The notes under the pieces are model-generated. The model did not search any database. It was not told the DNA's origin and worked only from the letters and a program-made list of their open reading frames with translations. The position numbers and the translations under genes are program-made. From an uncultured Actinomycetota bacterium (GTDB taxonomy: Bacteria; Actinomycetota; Actinomycetes; Propionibacteriales; Nocardioidaceae): DNA of 64,000 nucleotides. The stretch spans positions 230,394 through 294,393 of the forward strand of contig CAVRDV010000001.1 of NCBI GenBank assembly GCA_963719955.1. Direction: 5' to 3'. Below, piece by piece: positions 41,580-51,977 of this stretch. Within the stretch, counting starts at the first letter, position 1. Each line of letters opens with the position of its first letter.

Positions 41580-42363
41580 TTGGCGGAACGACGCAATTGG
41601 AGACGCGCGGAGCTGCTGCTGGTGGCTGCAGCTGTGGTGATCCCGGTCCTGGTCTTACTCACATCAGCCTGGAGCACCCCGCCCTTCTCTGACCACGAGG
41701 TCGAACTGGCCCGCGAGCCGGCGAGGACCCAACCCGGCTTCGACCGCGAGCTCGCCCGCTGCGGGAAGCGACCTCGCCGCTACGGCGTCGACCCCGCCGC
41801 CGGCTGCGAGGAATCGATGATCTGCGACTGCTCCGGCCTGTTCCGCGAGCCGCTGTTGGTGCGCCGCGAGTTGCAGGGCAACGGACCGGGGGTGAACACC
41901 CCGATCGCCGTCCTCCTGATTCTCGCCGGCGCAACGGGTCGTCGGGGCCGACTGGGCCAGCGGGTCGATGAGACACCAACTCCTGTTCGAACCGCGGCGG
42001 ACAGCGGTCTGGGCGGCGAGGGCCACCGCCGTCGGGTTGGCCGCCGTAGTGGGGGTGCCCAATCAGCTGTTCTGCTGGGCCGGCATCTACCTAGTTGCCG
42101 CCCAGCGAGGCATCGACCCGCCGCCAGCGCTGTGCGACGGCGTCGCGTGGATGCTCGATCGGGGCACGTTCGGGCCGCCTCCCCTGGGAGGCGATCAGGA
42201 GCGCTACATAGCCCACGCCAACTTCGGCGCGGTGATCCAGGGCCGCTACACCTACTGGATCGAAACCCCCGATGACTGCTACGACCCCCGGACCGGGGAA
42301 GAGCGGCGCCAGGACGGAGGTCACGACGCGCGTTCGACGCTCGCTGCAGCGGGGAGCAGATAG
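41580..42363 (+). pseudogene. Degenerate ABC-2-type permease
   Basis: Fragments across frames: RRAELLLV.., (G)VVGADWASGSMRHQLLFEPRR.AVW, NFGAVIQGRYTYW; frameshifted and apparently internally deleted. Confidence 0.55.
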
Positions 42364-42594
42364 CCCCTGTCAGGGGAGGACTCCAATACCTCGCAGTTCG
42401 CACCCTTCTCGGGCTCGCACGAGCATCTCGTCCTTCCGGAGACGTGACGCCCCCAGCCTCGAGGAGGTTGCCCACGACACCATCAGCCCACCTGGGTGAC
42501 GATCCCGAGCTGGCCGGAGCCGGCTCCGCCGGCCGAGACGGACCAAGCCGCCAAGCAGCGTCCCGGCGGTGGGAATTCCTCGAAACTGCGAGCC

Positions 42595-42624
42595 TTGACA
42601 CAAGTCGTAACGCGGGAGCAGAAT
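42595..42624 (+). promoter_or_regulatory. Housekeeping-type promoter of the secreted-protein/ABC operon
   Basis: TTGACA-N18-CAGAAT; RBS GGAGGT at 42658-42663. Confidence 0.55.
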
Positions 42625-42668
42625 GAGCCACCGCGCGCGGTCAGCGCGCCCATCCGGGGAGGTGCACC

Positions 42669-43151
42669 ATGCTCGGACTCCGGAAATTCTCGCGGATCCC
42701 CATGACCTTAAGCGTGTTGGGAACGGTTCTTGCGCCGACGGCCGCCCTAGCGGTTACTTGGAATAGTTCCAGCAACCCACTAACCGCGTACGAAAGTGGT
42801 GTCGCGCAGGCCCAAGCATACGGCAACTTCTACAACACTGGCTCGTATGCACGTAGTTCGTCGAATCAACGCGACCCCCGGCCCGGTGGAGACTCTGTCT
42901 ACGTCGACACACAATTCTATTTCTATCAGTACTCAAGCACCGCCTGTGGAAGTAGTGGCGGAACCTGCTACGTGTACTACGGACACGAGGAAACGTCGCG
43001 GACCAATACCAATAGTTGGGACTCCCAATACAAGCAAAAAGCCCTGCCGGCCACCGGCCAGAAGGCGCGCGGAAAGATTCACGTCTGCGAGGACCAGAGT
43101 TTCTCGGGCGACCCCTGCTCGGACTGGGTGCTGCCGACCTTTGCCTACTGA
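42669..43151 (+). CDS. Secreted 160-aa Ser/Gly/Tyr-rich protein with four Cys; function unknown
   Basis: Sec signal peptide ending ALA|VTW; Cys pairs CGSSGGTC and CEDQSFSGDPC; strong RBS. Confidence 0.85.
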   Translation: MLGLRKFSRIPMTLSVLGTVLAPTAALAVTWNSSSNPLTAYESGVAQAQAYGNFYNTGSYARSSSNQRDPRPGGDSVYVDTQFYFYQYSSTACGSSGGTCYVYYGHEETSRTNTNSWDSQYKQKALPATGQKARGKIHVCEDQSFSGDPCSDWVLPTFAY

Positions 43152-43947
43152 CTCCGGGGAGTCACCCGCGCGCGCGGCGACACCAATACTTCACGTTGAG
43201 GGGTTCTCCTACCAATACGGAGACCAGCCTGACTACGTGCTCGAAGACGTTAGCTTCGAACTCCGGCCGGGAATCACAGCCCTAGTTGGCGTTAACGGAG
43301 CCGGTAAGACCACGCTTCTCAAGTGCCTGGCCACAGAACTCGCCCCCTCCAAAGGGTCCGTTGCTCTCGAGGGCGTTGAAACCACAACCGCCTCCGCGGC
43401 GGACCTGCGCACGAGCCGTCGCAGGATAGGTATGGCACCGCAGGACTTTGCCATTCCGGGTGAACTCACGGTGCGAGACTTCCTGCACTACATGTGCTGG
43501 CTCCGGGAGATTCCACGGTCCGAGCGGGCTGAACGCGTGCAGAACGTGCTCAGGGAGGTCGGGCTCGCCGATCGCACAGCGTCCAGGATCCGTACCTTGT
43601 CCGGAGGTATGGTTCGTCGATTGAATATTGCACAGGCCATACTCGCGCGGCCGCGGTTGTTGATTCTGGATGAGCCAATGGACGGTCTCGACCCCGAACA
43701 GCGTGTGTCACTGCGGCGACTTGTCAGCACGCTCGGAGCGTTCACGGCGGTCATTATCAGCAGTCACGCGTTGGACGATGTAGCGCAGATCTGTTCACGG
43801 GTTCTGATGCTCGACAGACGACAACTGGTCTTTGACGGCGACCTGGAACGCCTGCTCAATATCGGGAAGTCTGCTCTCGGGGTCGATGCTAGCCTGCCAC
43901 CCTATGAGGCAGCCTTCCTGGAGCTTAGACGCCGAGGAGGGGCGTGA
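43141..43947 (+). CDS. ABC transporter ATP-binding protein
   Basis: TTG start overlapping the upstream stop; Walker A GVNGAGKT, signature LSGGM, Walker B LLILDEP, H-loop SSH. Confidence 0.92.
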   Translation: MPTDSGESPARAATPILHVEGFSYQYGDQPDYVLEDVSFELRPGITALVGVNGAGKTTLLKCLATELAPSKGSVALEGVETTTASAADLRTSRRRIGMAPQDFAIPGELTVRDFLHYMCWLREIPRSERAERVQNVLREVGLADRTASRIRTLSGGMVRRLNIAQAILARPRLLILDEPMDGLDPEQRVSLRRLVSTLGAFTAVIISSHALDDVAQICSRVLMLDRRQLVFDGDLERLLNIGKSALGVDASLPPYEAAFLELRRRGGA

Positions 43948-45180
43948 GTCGCGAGGAGCGCATTGCGTTCCTGGTCGCCCTTTGCATTCTGGGGGGAATC
44001 GCGCTCTTCAATCGAGGCACTCCCTGGGCCGGAGAATGGAATTGGACCCTCGCCGCCGCTACGGGATCCACCACTCTGTCGGGTCCCGGGGTCAGCGCGG
44101 TCGCCGCTTGGCTCATGGTGCAGCAGCGACGGCAGGCGAGCGTGACCGACTCAACTCCGCGCGCATGGCAGATTGGGGGGCGAACTGCTGTTGTAGCTTG
44201 GTTATTGGGCATCACCGTTCAAGTGATCATTCTTGTCGCAGCGATTGCCGTCACGGTCGTTGCCGGCGTTGATGGCCCATTCTATCCTGTGAGCCTCGTT
44301 CCCACGCCTTTCCTGCTCGGTGCGTTCGCTGCGTTCGGGGCTGCGCTTGGCCGCGCCGCTCCGCATCTCGTGACAGTCGCACTAGCCGGACCGCTCGCTT
44401 TCGGGATTGCGGCCGTCGGACCGGTGCAGGGATCGCTTCAATTCTTGCGCGCCAACATTCCGACCGGCTCGTTGGTAGGCCTTCGGTGGGACACCACGAC
44501 TCTCCTCATACAGATTGCCTCGCTTCTCGGCGTCGCGCTTGTGGCTTGGCTCCGTGACCATTGCGCGTCGGTTCTCGAGGGGACGAGCCGCGCAAGTCGC
44601 GGGAACTGCCGGCATCGCTCTCGTGGTTGCGGGTTGGCTGGGTCAGATGACTCACGGAGCCGAACGCTACGTTGTTTCCAGTGAACGCGCGGATACGTGC
44701 ACTGGCGCTGAACCGGCGATCTGCTTGTCTCCAACACATGCAAGGTACGAAGAGACGTTGAGGACTGCAGTTCGCTCACCGGCTGCAGTTCTGATCAAGT
44801 TCGAGATCGCCATGCCGGAGGCTTTCTCTGAAGACATCCCATCAGATGAACCTGGCGAGTCCACTGGGTTCTTCTCGCTTGGCCCCACGCCCTCAGAGCT
44901 AGTGATTGATCTCAGTTTCGGCGCCGGCGTCCTCTCGCAGCCGGCGGGGTGCAAAGAGTGGCGTGCGCAGGTACCTCCCTCGCAGAAGGCATTTGAAGCT
45001 CGTTATCTCCTTCAGCAATGGTTGATCGCGGAGGCAGGTGGGGGGCCGCAGCCCATGAGCCCGCGACAGCAACGTTGGCTAGATCGCCCACCTGATGATC
45101 AGATTCCCTGGGCTCAGGAGACCTACTCGAATCTGCGTGAGTGCAGACTTGATGAGGTCCGGCTGCCATGGCATCACTAG
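43944..45180 (+). CDS. Multi-TM permease-like protein with extracellular C-terminal Cys domain (DUF7224-like); frameshift near 44560
   Basis: About six TM helices, then DTCTGAEPAICL..C..W..C; GTGA overlap with the ATPase stop. Confidence 0.72.
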
Positions 45181-45776
45181 TGCCCTGGCGTGTCGGATGG
45201 ACGTGGTGTGTTTCCCACCGGGGGGTTCCAGCCGCAGTGGCAACGGTAGTCGTGGCCAGCGTCTTCTGGCTCGTCGGGTCACTGCGCATCGAGGTTTTCG
45301 ACCCTGGACATACATTGCCGGCCTGGGCGCTCTTGCCTGGTTCGCTCGCGCTGATTGCGGCGTCAACCATCAGCGACCGCCTCGCCGCCTACACGCTGGC
45401 GAGTCCTCGCAGTCAGTGGTTGGCGCGGACGATCTGGATGGCATCAGTTGCCGGGACCATGGCCCTGACATCTCAAGTCGTTGGCGCAACGATCGGCATC
45501 GACGGCCTTTGGGTGGTGGCGACCGTCTTCGTCCTGGCCGCTTTTGCACTGAGTGCCGTGTGGATCGGGCTCGCATGGATCTTCGTGGTGGGTGTAGAGG
45601 TGTGGGCTCTGGTCTTTTCGCGCAGCATCGCCTCCGTGCAGACAGGCAACGACCTCTTGAGTACCCTCGGCGGTTCCGCAACTCGGCCGATGGTGGGCTT
45701 CATTGCAGCCGCCTGCCTTGCCTATCCCATCCTTGGTGCCCAGCTACACCTAAGGCGAATGGTCGGCGCGCGATGA
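45168..45776 (+). CDS. Small polytopic membrane protein (second permease/accessory subunit)
   Basis: Five to six hydrophobic segments; start overlaps the upstream stop. Confidence 0.7.
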   Translation: MASLVPWRVGWTWCVSHRGVPAAVATVVVASVFWLVGSLRIEVFDPGHTLPAWALLPGSLALIAASTISDRLAAYTLASPRSQWLARTIWMASVAGTMALTSQVVGATIGIDGLWVVATVFVLAAFALSAVWIGLAWIFVVGVEVWALVFSRSIASVQTGNDLLSTLGGSATRPMVGFIAAACLAYPILGAQLHLRRMVGAR

Positions 45777-45889
45777 TTCACCGTCTGGTCCGACTGCCGG
45801 GCCGCTCCATGAGTCTGCGCAACGGCCGACGTGACCCTTCCCCAGCGCTTGGGCCACCGGACGCGCTGCGAATGGCCTTGGAAGCTCCG

Positions 45890-46060
45890 CCGTGACCTGC
45901 CGACTAGGTCGGCGTGACAGACGGTCTCCGCCCCGCAGCACAACGGCGTTCCCGCGACGGCGTCGTGAAAGCGAAGCACCAAGTCGGGGGATGCCATCAG
46001 CTGGGCGTCATCGAGGCTGTACGGCGGTTGGCGGGCGCTGTCCCGTCGATGTAGGTGAGC
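45890..46060 (-). pseudogene. Fragment of an aminoglycoside-phosphotransferase-like gene
   Basis: LVLRFHDAVAGTPLCCGAETVCHADL resembles the xHxD region of APH-like kinases. Confidence 0.4.
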
Positions 46061-46374
46061 TCCTCGTGCCCGTCGTGAGTGTGGCCCGGCCAACCTGGTG
46101 CACCGTCGAAACCAACCCGCTCGAGGCGCCTGACAAGTCAGCGATGTCCCCGACCGCTCGTGCGGCAGAGAGTTCGCCCCGTGTTGCCCACCCGACGACC
46201 CGTCTTCGCGCGCCACGAGGGAGCACCTTCCGATCATCACGTCATCCACCCGGCCACCCCCCCGCAGACGAACGACGTTCCCGCTGCGAGAATGCAGCGA
46301 TGCGCACCGCCCTGCACGGCTGGACGCACTCGCTGCTCGCGCCGACGTCGTGCCCGGTTGCCTGACGAGTTGGG

Positions 46375-47017
46375 GTGCGGAGATGCGCCACGACATGCGA
46401 TTCCCCCGGCGCGAACTGGCCGACGATCACCTACCACGACACGTGGTCTGGCCCGCCCGTGTGCGACGAGGACGCCGCCAGATCCCGATCGGACCGGCGA
46501 TGGGATGACCGCCGGTGGTGGTGTGGTGGGCATTGGGTGCCTGGTCCACCGACCATCCTGAGATCGACGCGGTGGTGTGGCGCGACGACGACCTCGGCCT
46601 CGTATTCAACGACTTCAACGACGTCGATGGTGTCAACGCGGGTGGGCACTGACCCGCGGGGTGTTCGCGTCGGTCGATTTTCAACGCGCGTCCTACGGTG
46701 GCTCCTCCTGGCTCCAGCGACCGCCATCGGGCTCACACGAACGACCTCGAACTGATCGAGAGCTCCCTCCGAAATGGATCTACACAGTCGCCGGTGCGGA
46801 TACCAACGGACCTCCCGTTCCCGATCACGATCGACGCTCTGGTGGGCTTCACCGGGCGAGAGTCGCGCCGCTGCCTGCGGTGTGGCCCCGGGAGCCCTGG
46901 TACCTCCGTCACGCCTGGTTCGCCGACGACTACACCACCTGCCACCGCACCTTCTATGGGCCGCATGACCTCACTGAGCGCATCTCGCCGCTACTCCCAC
47001 GGCGCCTCTCTCGATGA
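46375..47017 (+). pseudogene. Decayed hypothetical gene
   Basis: Protein-like stretches spread over three frames (..DLGLVFNDF.., WIYTVAG, FPITIDALVGFTG, PWYLRHAWFADDY..FYGP). Confidence 0.3.
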
Positions 47018-47040
47018 CGACGCCTGACGGAGGCTGACGA

Positions 47041-47180
47041 ACCCCATAGCCCGCTCGCCGCAAGGCGATCCGAAGCCCTCGAACCGAGCGGCACGCATGC
47101 TACGAAGGTCTGTAGATCGGTCCGCCCCTCGGGGTGGGCCGAGAGCCATTTCAAGGGTAGATGACGAGTGTTGACGGGCG
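47041..47180. other. Putative oriT region
   Basis: Directly upstream of the relaxase; ccgctcg..cgagcgg inverted repeat enclosing a tcgcc-gcaa-ggcga hairpin. Confidence 0.45.
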
Positions 47181-47192
47181 GTGACGAGGCCG

Positions 47193-49830
47193 ATGCACGG
47201 GGGAGTGAAGTTCTACCGCGGCTCCGCCGCGGCCGCGCGCTCCTACGTCGAGGCCGACCACTCGCGCGCCGACGACTACTACCTGGCCGAAGGCAGCGAC
47301 CTGGCCGAGCACTACATCGCCGGCCCCGGAGTTGTGCAGCGCGTCGGCGACCTTGATGGCCCGACGTATGAGCGCTGGGTCGCCGGCTACGACGTGCTGA
47401 CCGGCGCGGCCAAGGGGCGCCTGCGCGATGACGCACGCGCGCTGCGGTTCGTGGAGGTCGTCGTGAACGGGCCGAAGTCCTGGTCGCTCGCCGCCGCACT
47501 CCACCCCGACGTCGCGGCGGCGTACGACGCGGCGATGGACCGGGCAGCGAGCGAGGTGATCGGTTGGGTGGCCGAGCACGCCACCACCCGGGTCGGGCCA
47601 CGCGGCCGGCAGGTGCAGGTGCCGGTGGAGATGGTCGAGGCCGCCGTCGTACGCCACTACACCTCGCGAGCCGGCGACCCGCACCGTCACCTCCATGTGC
47701 AGATCAACGCACGCGTCTTCGCGCGCGGGGCGTGGCGTGGACTGCACTCGGTCGGTGTCGTCGACAGCATCGAGGCGCTCAACGGGATCGGTCACGCGGC
47801 CGTGATGTGCGACCCCGGGTTCCGGGCCGCGCTCGCTGCGTGCGGCTACGGCCTCGACGACGACGGCGAGATCGGTCAGCTCGCGCCGTACGCCGGCGGG
47901 TTCAGCCAACGCGCGGCACAGATCAACCGCAACGTCGACCGGTACGAGGCCGCATGGCGAGCCGAGCACCCCGACCAGGAGCCCGGGCCGCGACTGCGGC
48001 GTAGCTGGGACCGACGCGCGTGGTCGGACGCGCGGCCCGACAAGGTCGTACCCCAGGGCGGCGCCGACCTCGTCGCCGCGTGGAACCGTGAACTGCGCGA
48101 CCTCGGCTTCACCCCACCGACCAATCCCGTAACGGAGCCGGGTCTCCAGATCGGTCGGATCAACCGCGACGTCGCCGCCGACCTCGTGCTCACTCGACTC
48201 GGCGCGAAGCGGTCGGCATGGAACGCCGCGGACATCCGCGGCGAAGCCGAACGACTGATCGCCTCCATCGGCGTGGTCGCCGAGCGACCCGCCCGGCACG
48301 AGCTGGTCGAGGACATCGCCGACCGCGCCAGAACACGATGCGTACCCCTGCTGGAACGCGATGACGTCCCCGAGCACGTCCGCAGCCTGACCTCCCAGCG
48401 AGTCCTCGCCGTCGAAGCCGACCTGGTCGACAGCATCGCCGCCCGCGCCGCACGACCCGTGAACCACACCGGCCGGCTCCGCGGCATCGACCACCTCGAC
48501 CCCGCGCAACGCCGCGTCGTCGCGGCACTCGCCGGCGACGCCCGTCTCCTCGTGATCGAAGGCGCCGCCGGCACCGGGAAGACCACGACCCTCGCTGCCG
48601 CGCGCGACGTACTCGACGACGCCGACCGCAGGTTCGTGGTCGTCACGCCCACGCTCAAGGCAGCCCAAGCCGCGCAGCAGCAGGTCGGCACCGATGCGTT
48701 CTCCGCCGCCTGGCTCGTCCACCAGCACGGCTACCGATGGGACGAGGACGGCCACTGGTCACAGACCGACGCCGCGCCCGAGGCCCGCGCACGCCTGCTC
48801 CCCGGCGATGTCCTCCTCGTCGACGAGGCCGGCATGCTCGACCAGGACACCGCTCGCGCGCTGTTCGCCATCGCCGACCGAGCGCACGCCACCGTCGCGC
48901 TCCTCGGCGACCGCCACCAGCTCCCGGCCGTCGGCCGCGGCGGTGTCCTCGACCTCGCCGCACGCTGGGTGCGACCCGCAGCGCACCACGAACTCGAGTC
49001 GATCCACCGGTTCAGCGACCCCGCATACGCCGACCTCAGCCTGCTCATGCGCTCTGGTGAGAGGGCTGGTGAGGTCTTCGACGCCCTCCTCGAACGCGGG
49101 CAGGTCGTCGTGCACGCCAGCGACGTCGAACGCACCGCAGCCCTGGCCGCGATCGGCGCCGACGGCGACCAGCTCGTCATCACCGACACCCGCGACCAGG
49201 TCGCTGCGCTCAACGCAGCAATCCGCGACCGCCGACACTGCGTTGGTGAGCAGTCTGGTGGGCTGCCTCACGCGTCGTGGCGAGCCGATCGGTCTCGGCG
49301 ACCGGGTCGCCACCCGACGCAACGACCGCGACCTCGGAGTGGCCAACCGCGACACCTGGACCGTGGCCGGGGTCGGCGATGACGGCAGCCTCCTCGTCAT
49401 CGGGCGCGCCGGTCGGCGCACCCTACCCGCCGAGTACGTCCACGAGCACGTCGAGCTCGCCTTCGCCACCACCGCCTACGGAGCCCAGGGCGAGACCGTC
49501 GGCACCGCCCACCTCGCACTCGGAGAAACGACCGGCGCCGCCTCGGCGTACGTCGGCATGACCCGCGGCCGCCACCGCAACGTCGCCCACCTCGTCGCCG
49601 AGTCCGTCGACGACGCCCGCAGCCAATGGGTCGACGTCTTCAACCGCGACCGCGCCGACCTCGGCCCCCAGCACGCCGCGGAGAGAGCCGCTGACGACAT
49701 TGACCGGTACGGACCCAACGCGCAGCCGCCCGCCGTCGGGCTGCAGGCCGCAGTGCTGCGCGACGGCCCACGTCGCCCACCCCAGCCGGTCCCGGCTTCC
49801 CCACCGAGATCCCGCGGGATCGGCCGCTGA
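47193..49830 (+). CDS. MobF (TrwC-like) relaxase-helicase; frameshift near 49260
   Basis: ADDYYL, HYTSRAGDPHRHLHVQIN (HUH motif), GAAGTGKTT, VDEAGM, GDRHQLPAVGRGG, AYGAQGETV. Confidence 0.93.
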
Positions 49831-50002
49831 CCAACTTCCTCGTGCCGAGTGATCGCCCGGAGCGGCCTGAATGACATAGGTGACCAGGAGAGGCTCGGGT
49901 CTCGACAGCAGCAGTCACAGATGTCCGATCCGCCGACCGCAGGGCTGCTTCTCCGGTTACGGAGCCGCCGAATCCGTTGGCGGCCACGACGAGAGGAGAC
50001 GT

Positions 50003-50243
50003 GATGGTGACACCCATCGGCATCCCCGAAGACTGGGATGACAACAACCTGATCCTGTTCGAGGAGTTCTGCGAGCTCATCCGCACACCGCAGCGCACCG
50101 TCCGCGACTGGCGCAGGCGCGGCGTCGGCCCACGCTGGACCCGCCTCCAAGGGGTCGGCCGGCTCTACATCACCGTCGCCGAGGCCAAACGCTTCCTCAC
50201 CTCGGCCACCGTCCCACGAGCCGAGGCACGTTCCGATGGCTGA
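50003..50243 (+). CDS. AlpA/MerR-type HTH protein (excisionase-like)
   Basis: LILFEEFCELIRTPQRTVRDWRRRGVGPRW. Confidence 0.8.
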
Positions 50244-50434
50244 GCGACGCCCCATCCCGGTCTACCTCAGCCTCGAGGACGCGGCCGAAGCCATGTCGGT
50301 CTCGGTCAAGACAATCCGACGCTGGATCGCCGCCGGCACCCTGCCCGGCGTACCGCTGCGGCAAGCGCGCCATCCGGATCAAGCTCGAGGACCTGGAGGC
50401 CGCGCCTCGGCCGATCCCGTCAGCGCGGTGGTGA
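50236..50434 (+). CDS. HTH_17 excisionase-like protein; frameshift near 50347
   Basis: YLSLEDAAEAMSVSVKTIRRWIAAGTLP(A)YRCGKRAIRIKLEDLE. Confidence 0.82.
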
Positions 50435-50474
50435 TGCCGGAGAACGTCGAGTCGGCGGTGATTGACTGTGCATC

Positions 50475-51934
50475 GTGGCCGAACCGTCCGACGTCCAGCA
50501 CCTGGTGAAGCAGCTGATGGCAGGCGCCAGCCCCGAGGAGAACAAGGCGCTCCTCGACGCCCTGATGAGCGGGCAGGTGACCAGCATCCTCGACAGACTT
50601 CAGCGCGACGAAGCGCCGACGCTGCTTCCGGTCCCGAGCGAGGTCCGCGGCTTCCGGCTGCGTCTGGACCTGCACGGCGCGCGGCCTCCAGTCTGGCGCC
50701 GCCTCGAGCTGCCCGGTGACCTCAGCCTGCCGGGGCTACATGACGTGATCCAGGCCGCGATGGGGTGGTCCGACAGCCACCTGCACCGGTTCCGCACCGG
50801 CATGGACCACCGCTCGCCGTACTTCGTCACGCCCTTCGACATTGACGAGGGCGAGGACGGGATGCTCGAGGACGACGTACGACTCGACCAGCTCGTCGCT
50901 GAGAAGGGCGATGAGCTCTGGTACGAGTACGACTTCGGCGACGGCTGGGACCACAAGCTGGTGGTCGAGGAGGTGCTCGACAAGCCACCCCGACCGCTCG
51001 GTGCACCGGCGGGCGGATGGCCTGCCCACCAGAGGACTGCGGCGGTATCGGCGGCTACGAGGAGCTGGCCGCCTGGGTCCGCAGCGGGTACGACGACGCT
51101 CAGCTTCCTGGGGTTTTCGACGACGCTGCTCATGCCCGTGACTGGCTGCCGGTCGACTGGTCCCCCGACCATTTCGACGTCGACGAGGCCAATGCCGCGC
51201 TCGCGATCGCGATCGCGGAGCCCGTCGAGGTCACCGGCGAGCTGGGGAATCTGGCCGAGCAGTTGGAGCGCCGGGGCGTTCGGCTGCTGCGAGAGGTCCT
51301 GGGCCGTCCGCTCGCCCACGGCTCGACCGAGGTCACCGACCCCGACGCTGCACGGCTGACCGAAACGTACCGGATCTTCCTTGAGGTCATCGGCGAAGGC
51401 GTAGCCCTGACCGCTGCCGGCTACCTGCCGCCGGCCGTCGTCGAGCAGGTCGCCGAGCGCAGCGGGATCAGCGACTGGTGGATCGGCAAGGCGAACCGCG
51501 AGGACCTCACCTACCCCGTCGCCGACATCCGCACCACCGCGCGCGGCCTCGGGCTGGTCAGCGTGCGCAAGGGCCGAATCGCACCGACCGCGGCCGCCAA
51601 GCGTTGTGGACACGACGCGCACGCGCTCTGGCGTCACATCGTCGGTCGCCTCCCGCTAGGCAACAAGGACTCCGAGCGCCACGCGGGCTGGATGGCACTC
51701 GCCGTGGTCAGCAGCGGCGTACCGGCCCAGGAGTGGCGCCGCGAGATCAGCGAGCTGCTGCTCGCACTCGGGTGGCGCAGCGGGAGCGACCGTTTCTCGC
51801 CGCCGCCCGCCAACAGCCTCACTCTGGATGTCCTCCACCAACTGGCCGGTGCGGCGCGCGTCAGCTGGGGCGAGATCCAGGGCGTGGACCTCGCCGTCGC
51901 GGCCACCGCACGCGCCGTGATCCGGAGGCGATGA
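50475..51934 (+). CDS. Plasmid pRiA4b ORF-3 family protein with C-terminal extension; frameshift near 50990
   Basis: PPVWRRL, LHDVIQAAMGWSDSHLHRF, YEYDFGDGWDH, ACPPEDCGGIGGY; LTAAGYLPPAVV. Confidence 0.87.
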
Positions 51935-51977
51935 GCACTTCGGTGACGCGCGCCGCCGATGCGGTGACCGTCGCGGT

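Noticed and set aside
42796-43140. Long N-terminal extension of the ABC ATPase overlapping the secreted-protein gene
   Set aside because: An in-frame TTG at 43141 overlapping the upstream stop gives a normal coupled start; the extension has no protein-like features.
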